A DNA stretch of 50,040 nucleotides from Tubiluchus corallicola (GCA_030141605.1 JAQGDQ010000755.1:51561-101600), one strand, 5' to 3'. Shown: positions 12,575 to 24,721, counted from the first letter of the stretch. Notes: generated from the sequence alone by a model not told the origin. Numbers and translations are program-made.

Positions 12575-13516
12575 CTTAATGAAGTCACTCCCAAAAGAGC
12601 TTGCAGAGGAATTCTCCCCGCTGTCGTCTCCCGTTAGCCCGGCAAGACCCAAACGTTGCAACCTCTCCATCCTCTGCTGATCCTTAATCTGGGCCATTTT
12701 CTTTTTCCTCAGCAGGTGTCTCTCCTTTACCTTATACTCCAGGGTCGAATGCGGCACGCCGTAGAAAGTTCCCGCCCGGTGTACACTCATCTCTCCCCGC
12801 TGGACGCTCTGTACGGCCATGGCCAGGTTGTCGTGATCGTAGTTTCGGTACCGCCCGCGTTTCGGTCGAGTGCCTTTTCCGGTGGGCTTGGAAAGATAAT
12901 GAGACTGATGACTCTTCCTCTTCCGGGAAAACCCGCACGCGGACGCGAGTTTGCCGTCTTCGTCCGAGCCGACACGACCATTCAAACGCTCGCTCAATGT
13001 TTTGCTAATTATAGCCTTGATGGCGTTGCCGAACGCCTTGCTTTCCGTGCTCAGAATGTCCGTGGTCGTGAGCGGTCGTGTCGGCTTGTAGGACGGAATC
13101 TTCAACTGAAAGTCGGCGTCGTCGAGATTGCTGTCTCCGTTCAACCTTGCCACGTTTCGTCTCTCGTCCGTCAGACGTTCCAGAGCCAACTTCTGTATGA
13201 CCTCCGGCAGGAAAGGCACGCTCCCGTTGACGGAATACGCCACGGACGTCTTCAGCTTCTGCTTCAGTTCCTCCGGCTTCTTGTTCAGAAGGTCTTGGTT
13301 CGTCAGCGTCGGAGGCGAGCTCGACGATTTGTCGACGGAGTCGGTCGCGGTGCCCTGGAGGCTGTCCGTGATCTTCCGGTGGATGAGGTCGCGCAAGCTC
13401 TGCGAAGCGGATTGACACGGAGTACTCTGGACCGCCGAGTGGCAATGAGCAGGACTAGATGAGCGACTAGATTTCTTCTGTGTTCCGTTCAGTTTCTCCG
13501 CTTCAAGTTTATACAC
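12575..13516 (-). CDS. E93: E93/LCoR-family gene, exon 6 (second pipsqueak HTH)
   Basis: acag|GTGTAT to AAG|gtctgt, 942 nt. Contains KGTRPKRGRYRNYDHDNLAMAVQSVQRGEMSVHRAGTFYGVPHSTLEYKVKERH, diagnostic of E93/Mblk-1/LCoR. Confidence 0.95.
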
Positions 13517-13586
13517 CTGTATAATGTTAAAACAGGTAAGCTTAACAAGCCAGTGCACAAATAAAAGGAAAAGAAAATAACTTAGA

Positions 13587-14230
13587 ATAGGGGTACTTGA
13601 AGGCGGTTTCACAAAAATTGCCTTAAAAATTATATTACTTTACAGCAATTTTATGCACATATCGTACTCACGTTGAAAGGATTTTTTATTTCTTATCATT
13701 TTATATCTCCCACAATACTTTTCTGAAATCCCCATTACAGACAATGCAAATCAGGGGAAGAAAAGGAAATGTTAAATTATCTCAGTAAAAACTCTCCATA
13801 CAAATCTACATTACTTAGCATGTTGCTTACCTGCTGGAAGGACTTATTTAACTAGAAAAGAAAATTACCAATTATGTAAAATGCTTTCACCAATTGATCA
13901 AATGTCGCTGACTCACCCTCCAGGGTGCACCACTCACTAGCCAAAAACGTGTTTTTAATCTTCTTGACAAGATACAGAAATTTAAAATTTGATTTAGTAG
14001 TGTGCGCTACGAATGCTCTGATTATTTTTTCGAACTTTACGCATTGTTATTTTAACTTCTTTCAAATCACCTATCATCAAAATGGCTGCATCTAACGGTC
14101 GTCGTGCAAATTTAAATTTACGCATTTTACACAGCGTTACTGCCGGAGCAAGTCCTGTATGCAAAAAGGCAGTACATAAGCTGCATAAAATTTCAACAGG
14201 AATTTTTTAAGCCTCACACAGAGAATCTAT
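13587..14230 (+). mobile_element. Kolobok-like non-autonomous element copy (family of 33109 and 38039)
   Basis: Long homology including tgactcaccctccagggtgcaccactcacta and aaaatggctgc.tctaacggtc. A fragment also lies at ~3035-3200. Confidence 0.7.
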
Positions 14231-14526
14231 CGTGACATTTAGTGTGACAGCTGCATACTTTAAGGGATTATGACCGGAACAGTGACACAAAAACTCTTTT
14301 TGATTAAACCGAATGGCTTCAAAATTCACTAAACAAGAACCCCGCCAAAACCGTAGGAGCTATCCCGAAAGGCACAGTGGTTGCTAAGATGGTGAAGAAG
14401 AAACATGGCATTGATCAGCATGCTGGGGAATCTTGAGCTCTGCGAGTCGCAGCTCGCCCAATCATACGCCACAAGACTACAGGCTGTGCGAGGCACCACC
14501 AGGGGAGCATCGACGCCCGAAGCTGA

Positions 14527-14760
14527 TAGTTCTGTCCCACCCATCTCTATTGTGAATTTATGGGTGTTTGTATAATAAGCAGATTAAACAATTACTTGTG
14601 ACGTATTAGAAACTCTGTTAACCTAGTTTCTACGTGGTCATTATTAATAACACGTATCTGTATAACTCTTGCTTGTTATGTAATAAACATATCAAACAAT
14701 TACTCGTGGTGTATTAGAAACCCTATTAACCTAGTTTCTACGTGATCATTATTAATAACA
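14527..14760 (+). repeat. Dispersed repeat, also at ~18898-19020
   Basis: Shared tagttctg.cccacccatctctattg...taataagcagattaaacaa.tacttgtg..gtattagaaac...taacctagtttctac. Confidence 0.7.
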
Positions 14761-15166
14761 TGTATGTGCATAGTGCTTACATTACATAGCAGGCTGTGTA
14801 GCTGCTTGTTGTGTAATACCTTGGACCTGTTCGTTATGTGGCGCTTATATAAAAGTAGTGCCCGGTAACTAACTGTCTGTGGTGTGTTATAAAATGCGCC
14901 TTTTACATGAATATGATTGTATACACATTTTCCAAGGAGAATAAGAATTGTTTCTAAACTGTGGCAAACCTAGGCTATTATAGCCTAGTTAGCCTATTGG
15001 TTACTATGCATCTGGGCATTGGAGACTTACATACTAATTGAACAGTACTTAGGTGTAATAAATTGTTCTGTTTTATTAGTTGTTTTTTACATCCCTAGCA
15101 ATACCACCCTATGTTCCCTATGTTATGTACTATGCTAAATTTACAAAATTTTTACTTCAATCTTAC

Positions 15167-15326
15167 CTTGTTTCGCAGTGTTGAACGAGGTATACCATAC
15201 AGCACAGCGGCACGTCTAGTGCCCAACTTTCCGCTGCGAATATCGTCAATAGCGGCATGCAATTCTTCGTCCGTATAATTTCGTCTCATTGGTCCCTCGC
15301 CGGGCCGCACTTTCTTCAAGGGTTTC
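15167..15326 (-). CDS. E93: E93/LCoR-family gene, exon 5 (first pipsqueak HTH)
   Basis: cttag| to AAG|gtaaga. Encodes KPLKKVRPGEGPMRRNYTDEELHAAIDDIRSGKLGTRRAAVLYGIPRSTLRNK. Missed by the ORF track. Confidence 0.95.
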
Positions 15327-15862
15327 CTAAGAAAATTGTGTTTTGTTATTTAATGACCAAAAATTCGATCGAACCACTGTGCCTTGCCCAGAATCACTGA
15401 AGACAGCATCATAAGCAAAGTGTTATGCAGTGTGGCGCAATGATGTAAAAATATTCGTATATAAGGTACTCGGATATAAGGGATTTTTGGTTATAAGGGA
15501 CGATATCTTCAGGTCCCGCATAATAGAAACCCAGATAAATTACCTCGCATATAAGAGACCCTGTGATCAAAGCGAAATTGAAAGATTTTTAACCTCAATT
15601 TTTCGCAAACTTGGTTTCCATGGTTACATACATCTCTCATCACTGAAGTAGCTTCCTACATACCATTTGCACTGAATGTGTAGCAATAATCCATAAAAAT
15701 ACAGGTAAAAGTACAGGTCTAGATACGCCCTCGGTCTGACTCAACTTCGGCTATATGAGACATCGTATATAAGGGACGGTTTTTTCCGGTCCGGAGGTGC
15801 CCCTTATATCCGAGGTAGACTGTAAATGAGCATATATTTAATTTATACTACAGCTATAAATC

Positions 15863-16285
15863 AGATAGTGCTCTTCTGAAATTTGTCATGGTCATAATCG
15901 TAAAAGTCAAACTGCCCTTAACTCTCAAATAAATCTTTATTTTTTCAGGAGCTTTCTTCCCTCTCGGAGTTCGTCAGCTGCGCAGAAAAAATTACACTGC
16001 AGTTTACTTTTCATCTTTTCTTAATTACTAATCTCGCTTTTTCTTTTAATTTTATTTCAAATTCAGCCTCTTCATGCTTTCTGTGCCATTTATTTTACTG
16101 ACATTGTACACATTTATTTTATATGTAGTTTTATTCGTAATTTTTTAATATTGTATCTTTCTGTGCAGCTGATGAAGTCTGAGTGGAAGAAAGCTCCTGA
16201 AAAAATAAAGAATTATTTGAGATTTGAGGTCATTTTGACTTTTTTAATGATTGTGACCACAGCAAATCTCAAAAGAGCACTATCT
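15863..16285. repeat. Long imperfect inverted repeat (~125-bp arms) carrying hammerhead-like motifs; probable Penelope-like pLTR pair
   Basis: Arms agatagtgctctt...gctgcgcagaaa and tttctgtgcagc...aagagcactatct. Each carries CTGAYGA..GAAAGCTC followed by AATAAA. Confidence 0.65.
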
Positions 16286-16676
16286 TATTGGTGTTTGTCT
16301 TAGTGTGCATGCGACCATGCGCACATGTCTGAGATGAGACACTGTACTTTAGGTAGAGCAAGTACTGTCGCTCACACAGTTTGTTGTCAGGTGTCACGTG
16401 CTTACCGTGAATGGATCAAACTTGAACTACGACAATTTAGGCTATTAGTAAGCAAAAAATACTTTTTTTAGGATTTTATCAAGTTTACGTATAAACTTCA
16501 TATGTTTGTTTGTTTATAATTACAAATTACAACATTAAAATTACACACGTTTGTTTCGTTTTACACAGTATTAAAACAATGATTAAAAATTTTCTGAAGC
16601 AGCACCCCCCACTAATTTTAACCAAGAGCCGCCACTCCTCATAAACATCAGTGAAAGGTGAGGAGGATGAACATAC

Positions 16677-16902
16677 GTTTCAAAGCCATTGTGTTTCTTC
16701 TTCACTTCGGGCACTTTGAGACCGGTGGAAGCAGCTTTGTGCACTTCTTTTTCGCGCAGCGCATCCTTGATTCGGATCATGGCGCGCTCTTTGTTTGACA
16801 TGGAGAGGTCCAGCGGTTGATCCGGATCGTGTGGAATGGAGACGTTACTGGATGTTACGCTGTTCCAGCTTGGCATCAATTCTTCTAAATACTTCAACGC
16901 AA
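16677..16902 (-). CDS. E93: E93/LCoR-family gene, exon 4 (PLDLS CtBP-binding motif)
   Basis: tttcag| to AC|gtatgt. Encodes ALKYLEELMPSW...DPDQPLDLSM...HNGFE; phases 1/2 fit both neighbours. Confidence 0.9.
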
Positions 16903-18056
16903 CTGAAAATGATTTACAAAAATGGCGAGGTTTACGTAATTTGAAAATATGTTGACTAAAAGGATATTTTCCAATGTTGTCAAGAAAGTGAAACTATTCA
17001 AGGTTGGAACACTTTTTTAAACTTTACTTTCAATTAAATAATATGTGGGCTTGCAAACTAAAACCGCCATACAAAAAATACTAAAAATCTAATTTTATAA
17101 ACCCGTATCCACTTTTCTGTCTAGAAACTAGCAGTGCAATTGTAAAAAAACTCGTATTTTCAATCAGTTCAGAAATGACTTTTAACTCTTAATAATATTA
17201 AAGAATTATGTTTTTATTATGTCTCTCTATCATCATATTAATAACCATTATAGATCTAACAAAATTAAAGTGTAAAAGCGTTAAAAGTAAATCCAAGTTT
17301 TAAGTGACCATACGTATACCAAAATGGCCCTCAGTCCAAAAAGTTTGCCTACCGCTGAACCCAGATTACTCCAGAGCCGAGACAAAGTGGCGGCAGACGA
17401 ACAGAGAGACAAACAGACAGAACTGATCAGCTGCCCGCAAATGCCGGAACAATTAAAGGGCTTATTCGAATGGTTCGTAGGGCAATTATTAGAGTAAGTG
17501 TTGGTGTTAAGCAATTTAATCTAGCATTCTATCATTATTTGCTTTTTTCGTATTTTTACAAATATGCATTTCCTGAAAGTGTTTAAAACGAAGCCAGCCT
17601 TAGTCATGTGACCTAAGCTTTAGTAGTATACGCCACCTATCAATCACAGTTGTTTTTGCACGTAGTTAGATTTTCTGTTGCCGCTATGCTGATCAAGCCG
17701 TTTGGTGATACTTGCATTGCTTTGTCTATTTTGTTGCAATTGAACAGTCACTAGTTGTATCTTCAAGCCAAAGTAAATGTAAGTCACCATCTACTTTAAT
17801 AATTAGTTAATAGTTTAAATTGGTTAGAATTGCTTCAAATCTCTAGAATCATAAAGTAATAATTTGTGTTTCAGTCTTCTTAAATCTAATTCTTTATTTT
17901 GTCTAAACAGTAATAACCTTTAGCACGTTCTAAAGCACTTTTTGTGATGTTATTTTAATAAATTGCAGGTCTACCGCACAGTTCAATATTGATTTTTGCC
18001 ATTTCTTTGCCTGGACTAGGCGCATCCACAGTAAGTTTAGCACTATTACATGCCTA

Positions 18057-18407
18057 CTTACTTTTCTCATCATAATCCTTACTGTTCTCATCACACTTAC
18101 TTTTCTCATCATAATCCTTACTGTTCTCATCACACTTACTTTTCTCATCATAATCCTTACTGTTCTCATCACACTTACTTTTCTCATCATAATCCTTACT
18201 GTTCTCATCACACTTACTTTTCTCATCATAACCCTTACTGTTCTCATCACACTTACTTTTCTCATCATAATCCTTACTGTTCTCATCACATTTACTTTTC
18301 TCATCATAACCCTTACTGTTCTCATCACACTTACTTTTCTCATCATAATCCTTACTGTTCTCATCACACTTACTTTTCTCATCATAATCCTTACTGTTCT
18401 CATCACA
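18057..18407 (-). repeat. 39-bp tandem array (9 copies) overlapping the E93 exon 3 donor
   Basis: Unit tgtgatgagaacagtaaggattatgatgagaaaagtaag = CDENSKDYDEKSK, in frame with exon 3. Confidence 0.95.
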
Positions 18408-18505
18408 CTTGTTTTCAGCAGGCAGATCAAAGGCTCCATGCTTCCTGTTTTTACACAACCAGCAAGATTCTTTAGGTGTCCAATCGCAGGCTTTTGCGTC
18501 GTCGT
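18374..18505 (-). CDS. E93: E93/LCoR-family gene, exon 3 (3' end ambiguous, 18395 to 18062)
   Basis: Acceptor cttag|. Encodes DDAKACDWTPKESCWLCK, the conserved DWxPxxxCxxC motif. The first A|GTAAGT donor is at 18374. Confidence 0.8.
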
Positions 18506-19699
18506 CTAAGATTACCAAATAAAGAAGAGAATTAACAATTTGTATAAATCTGTCGAAATTAGTCACTGCTCTCACAGTGTGTGTAGCAACTGAAATGAAG
18601 CAATGTTAGACATGTTTTTTACACAATTTGGCACGCCGCAAACCTGAATCCATTCAGCACTCGACGTAATTGTTGTTATTTCACATACATAAACAGATAA
18701 TCCGGGACAATGAGCACGCTGTGATGAAACACCATACCGGACTATTGGCAGAGTTTGTAGTCAACCAGCAAGTCTATTCAAAAATTTTGCATATTGCCGT
18801 AAATTACTATCTGTGTGTCTCGGATTCATTTAGACGAGGAGTGCTTCTGAATGAGCACTCACCATGAGTGCTTCTAAGCGGCCGCATATTAGGGCTTTAG
18901 TTCTGCCCCACCCATCTCTATTGAGAATTCATTGGTTCCTTATGTAATAAGCAGATTAAACAAATACTTGTGGTGTATTAGAAACACAATTAACCTAGTT
19001 TCTACATAGTTATTAGCTAGTTTGTTGACTTATTGTGACAAAAAATAAATAAAATTGTTGTACAGGAAGCAAAAGTGTAGAAAATAATAGTATTTAAACT
19101 GCCTTAGAAGAACATTTCAACTTGCATGACACAATTGAGACACTACGTATTTGTTGGATGACAGGGAGGTTCCCAGTTCAAGGATCCCTGACATCAACCA
19201 TGGCACACTGTCAAAACTGTCATGCTGAACACGACCACAACTGGAACAGTGGGGCGATCGTACGACAAATTGGACAAAAGTTGCACCCGTATATTCTAGC
19301 GGTGCACCCCCTGCAAGGAAGACATTGTGTCTGCATGCGCACTACAGATGGCGGTGCCTGCGATTAATTTATCAACACAGATAGATATTTAAAATAAAAG
19401 GAAATATGAATCATAGTTAGTATTGTATAATTAATTAATTAAGTTGCGATCGGGTCGCAAAGTTAAACAGTCGTCAGGGATGTTACCGAAACTGAAATTT
19501 ATGAAACATACAGGGATGAGAATGACAAATTGTAAATTGCTCAATGGGGTTGAGGGGCAAAGCCCCCATGGAGAAAGCAACAAATTGCAATTTTGTGACC
19601 ATAGAGAGCCTCTAAGTGGACTTAAAATATCAATTACCTTGTTTCATGCATAATTTAAAATACCCAACTATCAAGGATACATGATACATATGATCGTGA

Positions 19700-20625
19700 A
19701 GTTTCAAAAAATCAACAAATTTTATTTTGTATATATTTTTATGCCTATATTTCATAAATTATAAAATTAAACTTGGTTTTATTCAAATTACACTTTGGTA
19801 TTTCGGTTGTTTGTGTCTGGAGGCCTCAAAGCTTCACATTTGTCAGCAATGAAGATATGCCGCATTGCCGTGAAAGGCAAATCGCACAGATTATCAAATA
19901 AACGATAATTACGCTTTACTTGAACTATTTTAGCCAAAATTTTTCAGTGACTTTTAACATCTAGGAGATAAAAGGTAAGCTGGATAAATACATCGAGAAA
20001 ATGCTACTGAAAGTTTCGTTTAAGATTTCGACGAAAACGAGGATCAACCCCGAGAAATTTTCTCAACGAATTTACGTGATTTACAAAAATGCCACTACTG
20101 GTCTACCACAAACTCGGAATTCCGCGTATCCGCGTAAAATTCTCATCGCTGAACATAAGAAACCGATAATGAAACGAAGCCAAACGGAAATCTTTTTGGA
20201 AAACCAACAAAGTCTATCAAAACTGAAAAAATTCTGAAATAAGTAAAACATTTTGCTTTTCCTTGTTTGGCTCTGATACAAGGTTGACGAAGTAGTTAGG
20301 CAAAAAATCCCAACGAAAAAGTAGAACAATGTCTACGGCTTCAGAAAATTGACAAATTTTATTTTGTAAATATTTTTTTGCCTATTTTTCACAAATTATA
20401 AAATTAAACTTGGTTTTATTCAAAATACGCTTTGATATTTTGGTTTATTGTGGCTGGAGACCTTAAAAATTCACATTCAACAGCACTGAAGATATGCCGC
20501 ATTGCCATAAAAAGCATGCTACAAAAGGTACAAAAAGTTAAATAAATGATTTTTACACTTTATTTGATTTTGGCCAAAATTTTTTGGCGATTTTTAACAT
20601 CTAGAAAAAAGTAAGCTGGATAAAT
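19700..20625 (+). repeat. Direct duplication of ~290 bp (19700-19990 / 20340-20625)
   Basis: Shared acaaattttattttgta...aaattataaaattaaacttggttttattcaaa...tgaagatatgccgcattgcc...gtaagctggataaatac. Confidence 0.8.
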
Positions 20626-21082
20626 ACTATTAAAATCTCTGCAAAAATGCTACCAAAAATGTTCAGCTACGAAATTTCATCATTTTTGGCAAAAACGAAA
20701 CTCGATCAAAAATGCAATTATCGGCAAACTGAAACGAAATTCTCAGTCGTCAGTCGAATATTATATGTATATAAGTTCACTGTAAAAAACTTACTTTTTA
20801 CTAAAGTATGAATCTTTGAGCTTGATAAATAAAAAATAAATGTTATAAAAACTATTATATAGGCTAATGCATAATATGTACGCTGCCCACTTCACCAAAT
20901 GCAACCTAATGAGTATTGTAGCTATGTTTGTGAGAAGCAATAATGAAGTAGGATATTTGTACAATTAAAAAATCTGGTTAAATGCCAAATCTTTAATACT
21001 TTCCACAACAAAAGTCGCAGTTCACGCATCAACACTGCAGAATTTTTTAAAAGGAAAAACGTTAGATACTAATAATTTTTAC

Positions 21083-21157
21083 TTGAATTGGTAAACGGTT
21101 CCATTATTGTTGTCCATTTATCCCTTCCAATGATGTTCTCTGCAATACACTCATAAC
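21083..21157 (-). CDS. E93: E93/LCoR-family gene, exon 2
   Basis: tatag| to A|gtaaaa. Encodes (G)YECIAENIIGRDKWTTIMEPFTNS, matching the family GxExxAExxxG motif; phase 1/1. Confidence 0.85.
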
Positions 21158-21929
21158 CTATAGCAAAAAATATATATGGAAATCATGTTTATAGGCAGTG
21201 GAGATACATGTCACTAGGCTGTCAAAAATATTTTTTTAATCAATCTCAGTTAAAACTCATTTGAAATTATCAAATTGAAAATGAAAATTACGATTTAAAT
21301 AATATTTATACCAAGGCACAGACATAGAAAATTTATTTTCTTCAATTAGTTTTACATCAAAAGTTTATTAAATATTAAGTAATTATAATCATGGAGCTGG
21401 GCAGGGAAGGACCATAGGTCAACTAGTCGCCTGCCCTCCTCCTCCTCCTCCCACTAAGATTAATTCATGATAACTGTACTAGATAAAGGTGTTGTTTAAG
21501 CCAAAAGCTAGACTAAATCAATTTTGAACAGAATACACACGATAAGTAAATCCGAAAAAATTACAACCATCAGATATGTGACTAGAAAAAATTGCAGTTC
21601 CCTGAGATTAAATTTTAACTTGTAAGCTCCACAACTATTCCATAAACTGTACTATTGTTAAGTTTAAATTAATAACAACAGGTGTAAAGTATTGCTACAT
21701 GTTCTAAAGCAATTACTACTTCAGTAAAGTGGCAGGCTAACGATCTCACAACAGTCGGACTCACAATACTATATGGATATGTCCTTTTGTTTCAACTGGA
21801 AAATTCTAAAATGTACGTACCACCTGGGAAATTTTGCATAATTTAGTAAAAGTTTTCGGGCTGCTAACACGTGAAACACCTGACATACGCCTTTTAGCAA
21901 TGACACAAATTACAAGCTATATGACATAC

Positions 21930-22023
21930 CTATCATTAGTAGAATATTCTGTCTCCATTTTTGAAGCTCTTTTCGAAAACATCTTCTTTCTTGGAGGCAC
22001 CGACCGACCCCGCAATCCGCCAT
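21930..22023 (-). CDS. E93: E93/LCoR-family gene, exon 1 (start)
   Basis: aacATGG start. Encodes MADCGVGRCLQERRCFRKELQKWRQNILLMI, then G|gtatgt: the conserved CxxxRCxxERRxxRxELxxW N-terminus. The seven exons sum to 1830 nt (609 aa + stop). Confidence 0.9.
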
Positions 22024-22989
22024 GTTGATTTCTTGCCGAAAATTTATGACGTCACGCACCACGATAGTAACTACTTTTCATGGGGGTGACAGGTACTTCG
22101 ATGGCAATTTAGAAGAAATGCAGTAATTTTCTAATTCAGCTAACATGGGCATTACCTTCAACTAAGTGTGCATCGAGAGCACCACAGGAGTTACTAAAAA
22201 AGTGCGACAAAAATATCATGTTGCCATTGTATACTTTTGGTGCAATATTTTGCTCAAACTAGAACATTATACCCCCTATTTGGCTTCCAACAAGGCAAGG
22301 TGGGCATTCCTATGTCACAACAAAATCAATTACAGGCGGGTTGTTGTTGTTTAATCAGCACTAGTCTGCATTAAAATCGCTTTTTATGCTGCTATTAAGC
22401 TTATTAATAATAAGTCAAAAATGCGCAACATTGAAAATTAATGATATTTTCGGAAGGTAAAACTGATTGAATCAAATGTAGTTCCTGCAATGTAGACTAC
22501 ACTGACTAATTACCGGTTGAGGCTAAAAGTATTAACAATCAAGTAAACAGCTGAGAGGTCACGACGTCTGCTTGAACACGGTAGTTAAACTTTGCTAAGC
22601 TTGACCAGTCAATGGATGAGTGGCTGGTTCTCAGATATTTCTTCTACCACACTGATATTACACTATTGTACATTATTCTTTGGCGCTGACGAAATCCAAG
22701 TATTGTAGAACAAATCCTTTTATTTTCGTTATTCTGTTTCATTCGAATTTTATTATTTTATTTCATCATTGTCATTATTGATGAACATTGAACAGGTGGA
22801 TTCAAATTAAAATACATTTGAAGAATGAAACTTCTTGAAGAATCATTAACTGTAAGAGGAGGTTTCCTGCCTTTGAAAACGAAGATGCCTCACTCAAATT
22901 AGCATTTGAGCGGGAAACAAAGGGCAATTTTAAAGCACATACAACAAAGTACATACAGTATATACAAAATTGTATAGTTCTATACAATT

Positions 22990-23396
22990 TCTAAGATTTA
23001 AGATTTAAGACTCTATTTAAAACTTTACAAAGTTCATATACACATCATAAATTAATACAAATAATACAATAAATCATGACACACAACAATAACACAAATA
23101 ACAACGATATAACAAACTACGCCAATGACATCTAATTACAGAAGTAAAGTTTACATCACTGTTTAAAATGCTCTTGCGTATAAAATTCTGACTCTTATTC
23201 AGCCTGACGTGTAAACTGTATGCATATTTTCTGTGAATCACATCAAAATAAATAAGATTAAGTCTAGTAGAAATATATCTGGCGTTCGTGTCGTGTGAAA
23301 GGTTCAACAGCTTCCGTGCTGATACGCTATACACAACCTTGAGTTTGCTAAGATTGTAAGAATAAAAATGTCTCCAAGTAGACATGTCATACAGTT
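22990..23396 (-). mobile_element. 3' remnant of a non-LTR retrotransposon
   Basis: LYDMSTWRHF...LSKLKVVY...RKLLNL...RKYAYSLHVRLNKSQN resembles a LINE ORF2 C-terminus. It is followed by a (cttaaat)n tail. Confidence 0.65.
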
Positions 23397-23397
23397 T

Positions 23398-23949
23398 TTG
23401 TTGTTGGCATCCTTCTGTCTCGGAAGACAATGATGGAATGTGGGCCAAGCGAGTCAGTTATTGATCACATTGATGGAGCTGCAGCGTCGACTGTGGCTGA
23501 GCAGTGCGATCCTTGAACGTCTCCAAGGCGCACGCCTGGGCAAGGTGTATGGAGATCCTGAGTTGCCCAGACAATAGGAACCCCCTCTCTTCCTCCCTGG
23601 TGTAGTCCAAAGGAAAGCGGAGTGATACGTTTGGCACCAGGTTGGCTGCAGGAGCTGCCGGAGTCAGTGAGCATGCTGCACTGGTCCGCCTTCGGAGCTC
23701 CACTCCTGATTTGGAAGGTTTACTCCTCTACACATGGTCGTTGGGTCACTTGTCCTCCACCGCCCTCTAGCCGTTGGCTGCTTGTACAGCTCCTCTGCCT
23801 AGTGTCGAGATAGTGTGGTGGCATCCCGCAAGCCTACAGCACCTGGTATTCCTAGGCGGTCACCCATACAAGCACTAACCAGGCTCTACGTTGCTTAACT
23901 TCGGTGATCAGACCAGAACCGGTGTTTTCAACGTGATTTGGCCGTAGTA
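23398..23949 (-). mobile_element. 5S rRNA-headed SINE (SINE3-like) with RTE-like body and tail
   Basis: A 5S copy is fused directly to a ~420-bp GC-rich body ending cattgtcttccgagacagaaggatgcc + (aac)n, which resembles RTE-clade 3' ends. Confidence 0.65.
23830..23949 (-). rRNA. 5S: Full-length but diverged 5S rRNA copy (SINE head or pseudogene)
   Basis: Reverse complement is ctacggccaaatcacgttgaaaacaccggttctggtctgatcaccgaagttaagcaacg...gggtgaccgcctaggaataccaggtgctgtaggctt, 120 nt, with no oligo-T terminator after it. Confidence 0.9.
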
Positions 23950-24160
23950 AAAACGTTTATAGTGTCAAAGATTATTGTTTCTTCACCAGTTTTTGGTTTG
24001 GTAAACCTAGCAAATATAAACAAAACGGTCTCAGGTCCCCAGCACTTTCTACTCAGCTGTTTAAACTTCTGAATAAACATTGTAATCTTTGAAACTGTAA
24101 AGGGTATTACGTTTTTTCAATTTCTTTGCTGCAAAAATCCGTAAAGAGGAAACAGCTTTA

Positions 24161-24721
24161 CCTTGATAATAAATGGTTTCAATAGGCAAAACTTATAGTG
24201 AAGAAACTATTGTACTGGACAGTGCTGCCCTCTAAAGCCAGCAGGCAGTCAAGTAATTTCATAGCTGGTGACTTTAGGTACCTGACTTTGTGAAATGTTG
24301 CATTGATAATAAATGGTTTCAATAGGCAAAACTTATAGTGAAGTAACTATTGTACTGGACAGTGCTGCCCTCTAAAGCCAGCAGGCAGTCAAGTAATTTC
24401 ATAGCTGGTGATTTTAGGTGTCTGGCTTTGTGAAATGTTGCCTTGATAATAAATGGTTTCAATAGGCAAAACTTATAGTGAAGTAACTATTGTACCGGAC
24501 AGTGCTGCCCTCTAAGGCCAGCAGGCAGTCAAGTAATTTCATAGCTGGTGACTTTAGGTACCTGACTTTGTGAAATGTTGCATTGATAATAAATGGTTTC
24601 AATAGGCAAAACTTATAGTGAAGTAACTATTGTACTGGACAGTGCTGCCCTCTAAGGCCAGCAGGCAGTCAAGTAATTTCATAGCTGGTGACGTTAGCTG
24701 CCTGCCTTTGTGAAATGTTGC
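24161..24721 (+). repeat. 140-bp tandem array (4 copies)
   Basis: ttgataataaatggtttcaataggc recurs at ~24163, 24303, 24443 and 24583. Confidence 0.95.

Noticed and set aside
12656-13462. 268-aa + strand ORF and other overlapping ORFs
   Set aside because: Antisense or alternate-frame shadows of the GC-rich E93 exon 6.
17930-18475. Met/Arg-rich and His-rich repeat ORFs
   Set aside because: Alternate frames of the 39-bp array; only the CDENSK frame joins E93.
23830-23949. Functional 5S rRNA gene
   Set aside because: Solitary, with several substitutions and no T-run terminator, and fused to a retroelement-like body.
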